A DNA stretch of 64,000 nucleotides from Candidatus Bathyarchaeota archaeon (GTDB lineage Archaea; Thermoproteota; Bathyarchaeia; Bathyarchaeales; DTEX01): assembly GCA_963714275.1 (NCBI GenBank), contig CAVQNT010000001.1:1-64000 (forward strand), given 5' to 3'. The position numbers and the translations under genes are program-made. Each line of letters starts with the position of its first letter. Position 1 is the first letter of the stretch. This document shows positions 1-11,226 of this stretch, piece by piece. The notes beneath the pieces were generated by a model, which searched no databases, was not told the origin of the DNA, and saw only the letters and a list, made by a program, of their open reading frames with translations.

Positions 1-216
1 TTCAACTATTTGGTATCCCCCAGACGAACCAGATATAGCATATTCAGATCCGTTTGATCCTGTAACGATGACCATGGCTCCCGTGATAGGCACCGTACTT
101 TGAGCGTAGACTGGTTCAATGAAGGATGTTCGAGGTAAACTTGTATAAAAGGGAACTAAAGCTGAAAAGAGTAGCGCCATAACAATAATTGTCAAGGTTG
201 ACTTATACAAAATCAT
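1..216 (-). CDS. Secreted protein, N-terminal part (runs off window start); carboxypeptidase-regulatory-like/Ig domain likely
   Basis: Manual translation MILYKSTLTIIVMALLFSALVP...VYAQSTVPITGAMVIVTGSNGSEYAISGSSGGYQIVE; signal-peptide-like N-terminus; GAGAGG upstream. Confidence 0.7.
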   Translation of the reverse strand, partial: MILYKSTLTIIVMALLFSALVPFYTSLPRTSFIEPVYAQSTVPITGAMVIVTGSNGSEYAISGSSGGYQIVE

Positions 217-240
217 AACAATTCCTCTCAATTTCTATTT

Positions 241-258
241 ATTAGTCAGCTGACTAAT
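241..258. promoter_or_regulatory. Perfect 18-bp palindrome ATTAGTCAGCTGACTAAT, putative operator
   Basis: Immediately downstream of a minus-strand TTTATA box (~261-267) serving the 1..216 gene. Confidence 0.6.
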
Positions 259-320
259 CATATAAATATTATGCTTGCTTTTTGGTTGATTTGAGCGAAA
301 AATAAACTTTAAAATATATC

Positions 321-338
321 GTTAGTGAGCTGACTAAT
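321..338. promoter_or_regulatory. Second operator copy GTTAGTGAGCTGACTAAT
   Basis: 16/18 identical to 241-258; immediately downstream of TTTAAAA (308-314) and upstream of ATG 348. Confidence 0.6.
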
Positions 339-347
339 GGAATATCT

Positions 348-821
348 ATGAGAAAATATGCTATTTCGGGAAAAGTCTTAATCGTAATATTATCTTTCTT
401 GCTAATTCTTACTCTACATACTAATCCTATTTTCACTGATGTGCCACATGACATTACGGTCGAACCGTGGAACAGCGGAACTCACACAATTCTGAATATC
501 ACGATTACCCATAACTCGCCAGCAAGCGATCATTATGTGGACTTGGTTCAAATTAACATAAGTGGTGCTATCCATGACATACACCTCAATTCCCAACCAA
601 GCGTAACTTTCGTCGTAGAATTTGATATGGGAGAAGTCACCGGCATTCCAACAATCAAAGCCAGAGCACATTGCACAGTTCATGGTTGGAGCGACTGGTA
701 CCTAGAAGGCCAAATAATACCAGCCGCAGATAACACATGGCTTTATGTCAGCATAGCAGTTGTTACCGTCGTAGTAGTGATCACCGTAGGCATCTTGATG
801 TTAAGAAGAAAGCAAAACTAA
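348..821 (+). CDS. Secreted, C-terminally anchored desulfoferrodoxin/superoxide-reductase-like domain protein
   Basis: Signal peptide; THNSPASDHYV and ARAHCTVHGW resemble SOR H..H and CxxHG motifs; C-terminal TM helix followed by RRK. Confidence 0.65.
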   Translation: MRKYAISGKVLIVILSFLLILTLHTNPIFTDVPHDITVEPWNSGTHTILNITITHNSPASDHYVDLVQINISGAIHDIHLNSQPSVTFVVEFDMGEVTGIPTIKARAHCTVHGWSDWYLEGQIIPAADNTWLYVSIAVVTVVVVITVGILMLRRKQN

Positions 822-1031
822 ACAATTCTACATGTTTTCCGCAAATGTCTTAAAGTTATTGACTCTTTCACATTTCTCCTTTTTCCGTCCACTTCCATTT
901 ATGGTATACAATGGACGGTTAAAGTTGTCAATGCAGGCGTCGTCTCAGTCGTTGCATTCGGGCTCACAGGAAAATAGAGGCGATTGGAAAAGTCTTATTA
1001 ATTTTGTTTCCTAAATGCATTTTGATACACA

Positions 1032-1466
1032 ATGGGTCTTTTTAACGCAAACACTCCGCTCTCTGCTGACTTGAATCTGCTGTTCCAGATATCAATCTTC
1101 ATCATTCTAATTTTTGGATGGTACTTAAAGTCCAAGCGAAGGTACGTGAAACATGGAGTAATAATGGGCATTAGCTTAGTCTTGCACACAATTTCCATAA
1201 TTATAGTTATGTTGCCCTCCTTGCTAAGTATGAGAGGTATTTTCGAAAATCCATCTTCCCCTTTGACATTGACAACAATTGCACATCTTATTTTGGGAAG
1301 TCTTGTGGAAATCTTAGGAATATGGCTTGTAGGCAAATGGGTTTTAAACACTAGTAAAATTGATGTTTGCCTTAAAGGGAAAAAAATAATGCGTGTTGTG
1401 ATACTTTTATGGTTACTAGAACTGCTATTAGGCATATACACTTACTTCATGATATATATAATATAG
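1032..1466 (+). CDS. DUF420-like 4-TM membrane protein
   Basis: Four hydrophobic segments with His residues (KHGVIM, AHLILG). Confidence 0.65.
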   Translation: MGLFNANTPLSADLNLLFQISIFIILIFGWYLKSKRRYVKHGVIMGISLVLHTISIIIVMLPSLLSMRGIFENPSSPLTLTTIAHLILGSLVEILGIWLVGKWVLNTSKIDVCLKGKKIMRVVILLWLLELLLGIYTYFMIYII

Positions 1467-1558
1467 AAACCTATCGCATGCGGGGGATATTATAAACAAC
1501 CAACCAACATGCGTGCCTTTAAATGTATAATAGAATTTACCGTTTCGGAAAGTTACGT

Positions 1559-1729
1559 TCATTTCCTTCTTTTATCTAGGAAAATTCCGCATATGCACAT
1601 GAGAACCCCCAGTGGAATCAAAAAGTATGCTAACCAGCCTAATATGGGCACCTTGAAGCCAAACTGGATATCTACCTCAACACCCTTTGAACCATCAAGA
1701 TCCATTATTACTAGACAGTGATCATCAAC
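1559..1729 (-). pseudogene. C-terminal remnant of a membrane-anchored protein
   Basis: Frame VDDHCLVIMDLDGSKGVEVDIQFGFKVPILGWLAYFLIPLGVLMCICGIFLDKRRK* is preceded directly by an in-frame TAG; no N-terminal part. Confidence 0.45.
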
Positions 1730-1845
1730 CTAACTGCCCCAAACTAGCTAAGCTGACTAGCGTTCATACTGTGGATTCATAACCATTTAAATAAGCTAAA
1801 ATACTTGACATTGATAGAAGCATAGGAAATTAGATGTGAAATCAG

Positions 1846-3178
1846 ATGAATCCAGATGAGATCAGAATAAAGGAACATGTAGGATTCATAACAAGCGACA
1901 CCAGCACAAATCAATTCAGCTTCTTTGTAATCCCCCTAAATCACAGAATTGGAGCTGAAAAAGACGATTATGTGATTGTCGATCATCCAGTTTATGGTGA
2001 GAAGTGCCCCTTGTTGGCTGTTGTTAAAGACATAAAAAATTACATGGAGGTTGTGGGGACAACAATTAGTGAGAGATCCGTTAGAACAGTGTCAGTTTGC
2101 GACATAATAGGTTACGTGGATATTACTAATTCCGAAATAGGAGCATTGCAAAGAAGCGCTATTTCACCTAATCCTGGAGGTAAGGTATATCTACCCTACT
2201 CCGAGTTCCTTGAAGATGTATTCGCAAGAACCCTTGACGGGAAAAAGTTTAAAAACGCCCTTCATGCGGGAAGACTGAAATCAAATGCATCATCTAAGAA
2301 TGGGAAAATCCGACCGCTAAATTACTTTTTTGATGCGGATGAATTCGCAAAACAACATTTCCTTATCACGGGAATGTCGAGTGTAGGGAAGACTCACACT
2401 GCGACTGTAATTGTTGAAGAGCTGGCAAATAAAACAAGCAAACCAATAGTAATTTTAGACTCTTTCGGCGAATACACAACTATCGGTACTGCTAACGAAA
2501 GTTTGAAAGATATCGTTAAAAAAGGCATTTTACCAAGTGATAAATATCCTTTTAATTTCAATGTTTTGATATATGCCGTTCATCCTGATGAAATTAAGGG
2601 CACATTGGAAAAACAAGGAGTAACAAATGATAAGGACTCTAGGTACATAATTAAACCTGTCCCGCAACAGTGGACTGAACCAAATAAGGAAACTTTTTCA
2701 GAAATTGAGAGTAAATTAAGCAAAGATGTCAAGCCAAATCAGGTTACTGTCATTGATTCAAATGGATTACAGACTAACTGAGAGACGTGCACTTTTCACA
2801 AGATGTATCGAGACTCTTTGGAGTTGTAGAGTTAAGAATAGTTTGGAGCCTTTTATTTTAATAATTGAGGAAAATAAGGCGCTTGAAGAAGAAATGCTGA
2901 AGAAAATTGCTTCCGAAGGAAGAAAAATGGGCATCTCAATGTGCCTCTTAACTCAACATCCTGCAGAAATTGACGGACTTGTGATGTCTCAGATGGGAAC
3001 CCAATTTATGGGCAGAACGACTACAGGTGCTGATCTAGAATGCCTGCGAAACTTTATGGAAGAAAACGTTCAATTCTTGTCCAAGTTAAGGACTGGAGAA
3101 TATATCGTTAATGGAATGACTCTAATTCAACCTACAAAAATAAACATAAGAGACCGTTATTCCCTTTCTAGTAAATAG
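1846..3178 (+). CDS. HerA/DUF87-family ATPase with N-terminal HAS-barrel-like domain (frameshift ~2775)
   Basis: HFLITGMSSVGKT Walker A; C-terminal piece IASEGRKMGISMCLLTQHP is the HerA EGRK..TQxP motif. Confidence 0.8.
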
Positions 3179-3235
3179 TTCTAATCGTAAGATTAAAGAG
3201 AAAAATAATAACCTCTGAAAAATAAATAATCAAAT

Positions 3236-4000
3236 ATGGGAAATCCAAATAGGCGGATTCTACAATACTCAAATTTGGGTGCAACCATAGCAACAATCCT
3301 CATTAACGCGTTAAGTAACACCACAATCCTCAGTAAGAAGAATGTTGCAGAAATTTCGAATCTTTATCCCACATTATTTACTCCAGCAGGATATGTATTC
3401 TCAATATGGGGAATAATCTACACTCTGTTAATCATGTTTTCAATCTATCAAATCTTGCCCAAACAAAGAGAAAAACCATTCATAAACAAAATCAGCTATT
3501 ATTACATAATTGGAAGCATCGCAAACATCATCTGGATCATTCTATGGGTCAATGAATACATTGTTCCCTCAACCACGATGATGTTCATATTATTGGTTTC
3601 ATTAGTAGCCATATACCTACGCCTAAACATTGGCAAAACCAAAACAGAAAAAGTAGAGAAACTTGCTGTACATTTACCCTTCAGCGTTTACCTTGGCTGG
3701 ATAACAGTTGCCACCATCGCAAATGTCACTGTGTCACTAAAGGTCCTCAACTGGACCGAATTAGGGTTAAGTGACATAATATGGACCGTACTTATGATTA
3801 CGATAGCGACACTAGTAACTTTAATAGTAATCTTTTCAAGGAAAGATTGGGGATATAGCCTCGTAATCATCTGGGCTTTCATAGGCATAATAATCAATCA
3901 GGCTGAAATCCAAAATATCATAATAACTGCTGGAGCCGGAGCAACAATAATGCTTTTTGCATTAATCATAAAAACAATAATAAAAAAACCTAAAAGCTAA
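3236..4000 (+). CDS. TspO/MBR-related tryptophan-rich membrane protein
   Basis: FTPAGYVFSIWGIIY and PFSVYLGWITVATIAN motifs. Confidence 0.85.
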   Translation: MGNPNRRILQYSNLGATIATILINALSNTTILSKKNVAEISNLYPTLFTPAGYVFSIWGIIYTLLIMFSIYQILPKQREKPFINKISYYYIIGSIANIIWIILWVNEYIVPSTTMMFILLVSLVAIYLRLNIGKTKTEKVEKLAVHLPFSVYLGWITVATIANVTVSLKVLNWTELGLSDIIWTVLMITIATLVTLIVIFSRKDWGYSLVIIWAFIGIIINQAEIQNIIITAGAGATIMLFALIIKTIIKKPKS

Positions 4001-4214
4001 AAAATCAAAATGGATTTTAAAAATCTATTTTTTTATGGCTTTTCGAGTTTATATTAACATTATACCATAACAAAAAAGGTGCATTCCAGATTAAGAAAGG
4101 TGAACTTATCGTCAAGAATAATTATGATAATGGAAAGGGCACAATAAGAAAGTGTTAAACTCCTTCTTCCAGCTCCAAAACCTATTTGATTTACTTTAAT
4201 AAATTATAAAGAGG

Positions 4215-5469
4215 TTGATTGCCTTGGTGAAGGTTGAGAGCATTCAAAGATATAACCAGCTTAGGAACGACTACAAGGATTTAATGATAATTCAAGCCAT
4301 AATGACCGGAGGCATAGTTCCTAAGGAAGTACAAAAAAGGCTGTTTGAGGAAGGCTGGACCAGAACTGGCTATACATTGTGTTTTAACTGCATGAAGGGA
4401 AGGTCAGATCTCATATCAAACCCTCCCGTAGGCACATTCCTTGAGGACATAGCCAAGTTTTTTGGCGGAGAAGCAGACTCAACACACTTTCGGATGCCGA
4501 GCAGCCCAGTTTGCAGTCATGAAGACCATAAGTGACTTCGTTAAAGATGAAGGCTCAAAGGAATTCGGTCCCATCGTTTTAACCGACCCATTATGCCACT
4601 ACACAACTGCCTTAGCAGCGGAGGCAGCTGGTTTACGTCTGCTTGAACCATCTCACAGCGGACATCCCGAATACAAGGTGGAAGCTGAGGGTTACCGTTA
4701 CATGCTTGAGGAAATTAAAAAGGAAACTGGAAAGCTGCCTGGGCTCATTATGGTCACTCATGTTGATCCTTACCATGGGAATCTTAACCCAGCGGAGAAG
4801 GTTGGTGAAATTGCTGAAGAATACAATGTGCCTTATATGGTGAATTCAGCTTATACCGCAGGCATAATTCCAGTAGATATGAAGGACCTTAAGTCTGATT
4901 TTCTCACCGTTTCAGCGCATAAGTCAATGGCTTCATTAGGACCTTTAGGTTTTCTTGTTACAAGAGGTGAATGGACAGATAAGGCATTTAGGAATTCCAA
5001 GATTGTTGCCGAGGGAACCGGCAGAAAATGGGGCAACAAAATTCTCAACATTTTTGGCTGCAGCGTTGGCGGCGTTCCCCTAATATCAGCAATGTACTCT
5101 TTCCCACATGTGGTGGAACGGGTTGAAAAATGGGAAGAGGAACTTAAAAAGACACAGTGGTTCATTCAAGAAATGGAGAAGATAGATGGCATAAAGCTTC
5201 TAGGCGAACAACCTCATAGGCATCATTTACTGCATTTTGAGACTCCGGTCTTCTGGGAAATTTCGCAGCACCACAAGAGGAAGGGCTTCTTTCTAGCTGA
5301 TGAAATGATTGAACACGGGATAGTTGGGCTGCAGAGAGGCTTAACAAAAAACATTAAGCTTTCATTGTATGGACTTGGATGGGACGAAGTGAAGAAAGTT
5401 AGAGATGCATTCATCGAAATTACCTCAAAATATGACAAAGAATTCAAGTTAGACTACAATACGCTTTAA
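4215..5469 (+). CDS. pscS: O-phosphoseryl-tRNA:Cys-tRNA synthase (SepCysS), frameshift ~4470-4490
   Basis: TGG and GYTLCFNC motifs, HYTT, HVDPYHGN, NSAY, SAHKSMAS PLP-lysine motif, LGEQPHRH. Confidence 0.85.
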
Positions 5470-5569
5470 AATCTAAAAAAGAATTCTGCGAAAAATGGAA
5501 AACAAGATTAAACAAAAATTCAGGAAATCGGGGATCTTTTCAGAATACCAAACTATGTTTAAGTCATGT

Positions 5570-5730
5570 TTAGTATCGTCTGAATGATCTTGGTCTCTGC
5601 GGTCTTCTCTTGGCCCAACATTCTCGGCAATAGACGGTCTACTCGGGTCGGGCTTGAAAGGAACATCGCATTCCTGGCCACAGTCAGCGCATACCGCTTT
5701 GAACATCTCACGATCTGAGCTTTCTGCCAT
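5570..5730 (-). CDS. Small CxxC-x17-CxxC zinc-ribbon protein (one base missing near 5635)
   Basis: MAESSDREMFKAVCADCGQECDVPFKPDPSRP[V]YCRECWAKRRPQRPRSFRRY, by comparison with the intact paralog at 29007-29162. Confidence 0.85.
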
Positions 5731-5896
5731 GCTGCTTTTCACTCTCCTATGCTTTATTCGGCAATATAACCAAGCCTGTTTCTGGAGGCTTATGGTTCTT
5801 GCGCTGATGCGTAAGTTATGGAGGCTTCCCTATTAAACTTTCGATTCGCGTTGTTGGTACGCAAGGTTTTTATGTTCTAGGGCTAACCGTACTATT

Positions 5897-5955
5897 GCAT
5901 GATGATGGACACCATTCTGAGCTTACGTGATGATGAGATGGAGCGACACTGAAAA
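5897..5955 (+). ncRNA. Box C/D methylation guide sRNA
   Basis: C box ATGATGA 5899-5905; 11-nt guide; D' CTGA 5917-5920; C' (G/A)TGATGA within 5927-5936; 12-nt guide; D CTGA 5949-5952; TTTTTATG box ~25 nt upstream. Confidence 0.8.
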
Positions 5956-6056
5956 ATCCATCATCCAGAACTGAACCCTTTTCAGAGCCAAAGGAAAATA
6001 AAAAAAAGTTCATGCGTTCGTTTAAGCAAAAAAAGTTAATTAGAAGACTGGCTTAC

Positions 6057-7317
6057 TCAAGATTTATTTTTCGTCGCAGTAAGTAACATTATCAAGGAAA
6101 TTACCAGTATTACAGAAACAATCATGAAGGGCATTCTGGGGTTTATGCTGAAAAGGTAACCAATTAGTACTGGAGTAGGTAATCCCAAGATTGAGGCCAG
6201 TGTCACTGTTAGGGACAGTATTTTAGCCCTCGCCCGAGATTCAGCAGCTTCTATTTCGTTTGTTAGGAAAGTTCTGGAAACTGAGAAAGCAGTAGTACCG
6301 TAAACTCCCAGAATAGCGCCTGAAAACATAGCTGACACCAAGCTTCCTTTTGGCGAAAGCGAAAGTAAAAGCAATGCTAAGCTTCCCAGCCCATTACTTA
6401 TGACTAAGACTTTGATGTAACTGGTTCTTAACGCGAGCTTGGGAACAACAAGTGAGGCTACAATGAGCGCGGACATTGATGTCGCCATGGGCACAAACGA
6501 AACTAGTTCTTGACTAAGTCCCAAACCGTTCTCGTGTGTAAGGTATAGCGGCAGGTAAGTTGTGGAAGCGTAATAAAAGCTGCCCAAAACCGAAATAAGC
6601 AACAAAACGGAAATCATACGGCTTCTCCTTATCACAGACAAGGAATCCCTGTATCCCTTTAATCCTGCAAAGCTTTTTTCTTTCATGATTTGTTTCCCAA
6701 ACTCGGTTTCCTTAAGCAAAACCAGCCTAATCGTGAACATCGGTATCAAACAAGCAAGGGTAAAGGCAAAAAGCATTCGGGTCCCAACATCGACCCCGTA
6801 TGAGCCTATAATTAAACCTGCTATAGGTGTGGAGAGACTCCAATGTTGTATATAGCAGAGATGGTTCCGTAGATGCCGGACCTGTGTTCAGGAGCAGTAT
6901 CTTCAACTAGCAGACATTCCCAAACAGGATAGATGACTGAAACTAATCCTTCCAGAACATAGGCAACAAAGGCGTACAACATGTTCTGGGTCCAAATCCA
7001 AACAGTCAGCGACGAAAGCCACGAAGTGGTATCAAAAAGCACGAGAACCCTTTTTCTACCAAACCGATGACTAAGTATCCGCCAACCAAGGGCGAAACAA
7101 TTGTAGAGAAAGTTAAAACTGCAGACAGAAATCCAATCTGAATTTCCGTTAGCCCGATTACCTGATTCAGAAAAATTGGCCTGTAGAAAAAAACCCAGCT
7201 CATCGGTATCCCCCAAAAACCTTCAGTGGCCACGAGAACCTTAGCGTTTCTCCCCCAACGAGAGAACCCACTAACTAAACTATTACGAAATATTCCAGAA
7301 GGCCTCCAATGCACCAA
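6057..7317 (-). CDS. MFS transporter (split into three ORFs by indels)
   Basis: GGYL..RFGRKR loop-2 motif; multi-TM pattern across 7006-7317, 6821-7216 and 6057-6776. Confidence 0.8.
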
Positions 7318-7498
7318 TGTTTTTTCCTCGAATGGTCTGGACTGCGGAATGCAATTGCAGAGATGCCGATATTATTATCTTTTTCCAATGGGATTTGACA
7401 ACAGCTAAGACCATCATCTTAAGATAGTCTAATTTTTCTTACTCACCTACGTTGAGCTAACTCAGCTAAACTATTATAATAGAACGATTAACGAGGAG

Positions 7499-8576
7499 TT
7501 AGATCTCGCCTTTCTCGATCATGCCTGCTAATGGATATTCCTCAACTGTCAATGGAAGATTGACTTTTACCCGTCTTCTTGCAGAATCGTGGATTGCCAT
7601 TAAGATTTCGAGTGCCGCTCGACCTTGACGACCGTTGCACGGGTGTTCAGTGTTTTTTTCGATGCTTTCGATTAGAACTTTTATTTGAACAGCGAAGGGA
7701 TCAATTCCCTGCCTTAACGTAGGTGTCTTCCAGTTCAAATCGTCCTTTCCTTTATATTTAAGCGGTGGGACTTCCCGTTCGCCAACATCGATTCTGCCTT
7801 CAGACCCATGCACAAAGACTGAGGTATACCTTACAAGTTTTCTCCACCACATTGTTGACTGAGGTAAAGTCGTTGTTTGAGAAGCTTGAACGTTGGAATC
7901 GAGCTGTTTTCCGTAGGGTAACGACATCTCAAGGAAGGCTCTTATACCGTTTTCGAACTCGAAATAACTTATGGACGAGTCCTCAACATAGTGCCCATAC
8001 CTAGTTCGTTTACTGCGAGCATCAACTTGACCCATGACCCAATTAACTGGCACATCGCCTGCGAAGAACCGCATCATGTCAACGATGTGTGTGCCATCGG
8101 AAAGAAGGTCTCCAACTGAAACTCCATGCATGAAGTAAACCTCGCCTATGGCGCCCGAAAGTATCACCTTGCGAACTTCAGCATAAGCCTCCGAGAAACG
8201 GCGCATGTGCCCAACAACCAGTTTTGCACCTGTTTTGTCGCAGGCGTCAATCATTGCGTCGGCTTCTGCGAGGTTCACCGCCATCGGTTTCTCGCATAAT
8301 ATGCCTTTAACGCATGATTCCGCCGCGTTAACCGTTATTTCAGCGTGCAACGGTGGCCAAGTGCAAATAATTACAATGTTTAAGTTTTCTTTTTCTAGCA
8401 TCAGCCTATAGTCAGTGTACAGGTTTTTAATATCGTAAACCTTTTGAAACTTGTCCAATTGTTCCTGTTTGATGTCAGCTGCTGCTGTTATTTCCATCCC
8501 GAGAGCTTTTACAGGCTCTTGCATGAGCGTTGGCTATGCTTCCGCAACCGATTATTCCAATTCTGTAAGGCTTCAT
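7499..8576 (-). CDS. Gfo/Idh/MocA-family oxidoreductase (frameshift near N-terminus)
   Basis: Upstream frame MKPYRIGIIGCGSIANAHA joins the ORF carrying CEKPMA, GHMRRF and DGTH. Confidence 0.9.
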
Positions 8577-8817
8577 TTTGCATCACACAACAATAAATCG
8601 TTGTTCCATAAGAGGATATGCAGGAAACTTTTAAAAATCATAAATTTGATGATTAACACAAGAAATAATTCAAATCATGACCATTGGCTGCAACAGAAAT
8701 TTTGAACCACACAATTCTATTTGGACCACCAAAAAATCCATAAAAGTCATTCGTTCAATGTTGTTTATAGCCTTCTTCGTTCAATATTTTCTGCGTTCAA
8801 AGGTGGCAAAGTGAGTC

Positions 8818-10387
8818 ATGGCTGAGTTTGAGGTGCGTGAAAGGGACCTTCTAGCTCGGATAGGTAAATTGAAAACTAAAAGTGGAACCGTGGAGACGCC
8901 AGCCTTCATGCCCGTCATCAACATGGCTAAGCAGTCTGTTGCCCCAAGCGAACTTTGGAACGATTTCGGCTGCAGGATACTCATAACAAACGCTTACATA
9001 ATTAAGAAACGGAACGAGGAGGACGTCAAGAAACGAGGCGTGCATGGATTTCTGGACTTTCCAGGCGTGATCATGACAGATTCAGGCGCATACCAGATTC
9101 TTGCTTACGGAAATGTGGACGTGAAGCCTGCTGAGATTGTTCGGTTTCAGGAGGAGATTAACACTGACATTGCGACAATCCTCGATGTACCGACGGGATG
9201 GGGAATCTCGAAACAGGTAGCCCAAACCACGGTCGACGAGACCATACTGAGGGCTGAAGAACTGGAAGCCACAAAAACTCGGCGTGACATAGCCTGGGTA
9301 GGACCCGTTCAAGGTGGACATTTTCTGGACCTCGTAGCCTCATCCGCGAAAAAGATGAGTGAACTCCGATTCGACATTCACGCCCTTGGAAGTCCGACGC
9401 CCGTGATGGAGCAATACCTTTTCGACCTGCTTGTTGACATGGTCTTAACCGCGAAAATGAACCTTCCACTTGAACGTCCCCTTCACCTTTTCGGCGCAGG
9501 CCACCCATTCATGTTCGCCTTGGCTGTTGCACTCGGATGCGACCTCTTCGATTCAGTCTGCCTACACCCTTTTCGCCAAAGATGACCGCTACCTGACCAA
9601 TCACGGAACTGTGCATTTGGAGAAACTGAAGTATTTTCCGTGTTCGTGCCCGGTTTGCAGCAAGATCGAACCTCAAGACTTGGTGGAGATGCCTAAACCG
9701 GAACGCGAAAGAGAACTTTGCCGACACAACCTTTACGTTTGCTTTTCTGAGATACGGCGGGTCAAGCAGGCGATTGTTGAGGGAAGGCTATGGGAACACC
9801 TTGAAATGCAGACTCACAGCCACCCGTCTCTTTTACAGGCTTTGAAACATCTGGGCAAGTATGCTGAGTACGTTGAGAGACACAGTCCAGTAACGAAAAG
9901 AAGCGGACTCTTCTTTTTTGGCTCAGCAGGATTGGCAAGACCCGAGGTTGTCCGATACAGAAAAAGGCTTCTGGAAAGGTACTCTCCGCCTGTTGGAGCT
10001 AAGGTTCTTGTTTTAGTTCCCGATTTGGGAAGTCGCCAAGTTCGAAGGGGCAGATGGTTCAAGAAAGCCTTAGCTTCCGCTTGCGAAAAACTCGGTGTTA
10101 GCGAAGCTGAGGTTCACATGTGCGTTTATGCTCCTCCCTTCGGCGTCGTTCCGACTGAGATTAAAGACATTTACCCGCTTTCCCAGTACGAGTGCGCGTT
10201 TCCGCCTGACCGTGAAACCGTCCAGTACGTTGCAGAGCGAATCGCAGAATACGTTGAAACCATGAACTACCAAAAAACAGCAATACTGGTTGAACCAAAC
10301 ACATGGCATGAAAAAACTGCTGATCTCTCTAAGCGTTTATGCGTTGAAAAGGGAAAGAATCTTGAATTGATTAATTTAGAGACTTAG
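8818..10387 (+). CDS. tgtA: Archaeosine tRNA-guanine(15) transglycosylase (frameshift ~9560)
   Basis: ETPAFMPV, MTDSGAYQ, LDVPTG, PVQGG, LHLFGAGHP, DLFDS; Zn motif CSCPVC...HN; archaeal C-terminal domain. Confidence 0.93.
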
Positions 10388-11118
10388 TAACAATAAATCT
10401 TTGGTTTAATTTTTAGAAAGATGGTTGGATGTCGGAAAGTCTGGCGACTTTGCCTTTCTGATTGAATAAACTGGTGGACTGCACCGCCTATTGCTTGTAC
10501 TTCGCCTGTTGGATAGACTTTAAGCGCGGTTCCTGAGACGATGCCGTAACCTTTTTCGCCCTCGTTTGCCAGTTTGAGTGCCATTTTCAATTCTTCCCAA
10601 CCGTCCTGTTCGCTGTGCGTGTCGCAGATTATGGAAGCAACTCCCAAGCATGGAAAGAGCTCAGCAGTCGAATCGTCGTCAGGGTTTCTCCATCGAACCC
10701 ACTTTTCTGCCAGCATGATGGCTCCCGCGGAAACGCCAAAGAAAAGTTTCCCGTTCTCGTAGAGACTCCGTAAGCAACCAACCATGTTCTTCTTTTCTAA
10801 AACGCGGATTCCCTCGTCCACATCTCCTCCACCAACGTATACTATATCCGCTGAGCTCAAGGTTTCCTGAGCCTTTTTGAGGTCAGCCTTATCTGGGCAG
10901 ATCAAAGCGTGGTTAACTTCAGCTGCGCCTGCCTCGAAAAGGAATTTTGCCATGAAACTGAAAAATCCACGATCATCTCCATGCGCGGTTCCCACATACG
11001 CAACGACGGGAGAAGAAACTCCGCATTCCCCGAAAACCGCTTGGATCAAAGGGTCTGGTGACACGCGGACAGCAGGTCTTCCCCCAGCCAAAAGAAACAC
11101 AGGCTTCGGTTTGTTCAC
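10384..11118 (-). CDS. Peptidase E (S51) / glutamine amidotransferase-like protein
   Basis: ADIVYVGGG, GVSAGA nucleophile elbow, DTH. Confidence 0.85.
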   Translation of the reverse strand: MNKPKPVFLLAGGRPAVRVSPDPLIQAVFGECGVSSPVVAYVGTAHGDDRGFFSFMAKFLFEAGAAEVNHALICPDKADLKKAQETLSSADIVYVGGGDVDEGIRVLEKKNMVGCLRSLYENGKLFFGVSAGAIMLAEKWVRWRNPDDDSTAELFPCLGVASIICDTHSEQDGWEELKMALKLANEGEKGYGIVSGTALKVYPTGEVQAIGGAVHQFIQSERQSRQTFRHPTIFLKIKPKIYCY

Positions 11119-11226
11119 CTTTTTTCCATCCCTAATTCATATTAATGGTTGCTTTTTCTTTTCAAAAAGACCGTGAACCAGTTTTTTGTTGCTGGTTAAT
11201 GTTTAGTTTCCCTTATTAACCATCTA

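Noticed and set aside
8818-10387. Naturally split TgtA or programmed frameshifting
   Set aside because: Break lies inside the conserved DS motif with no slippery site, and similar indels occur across the window
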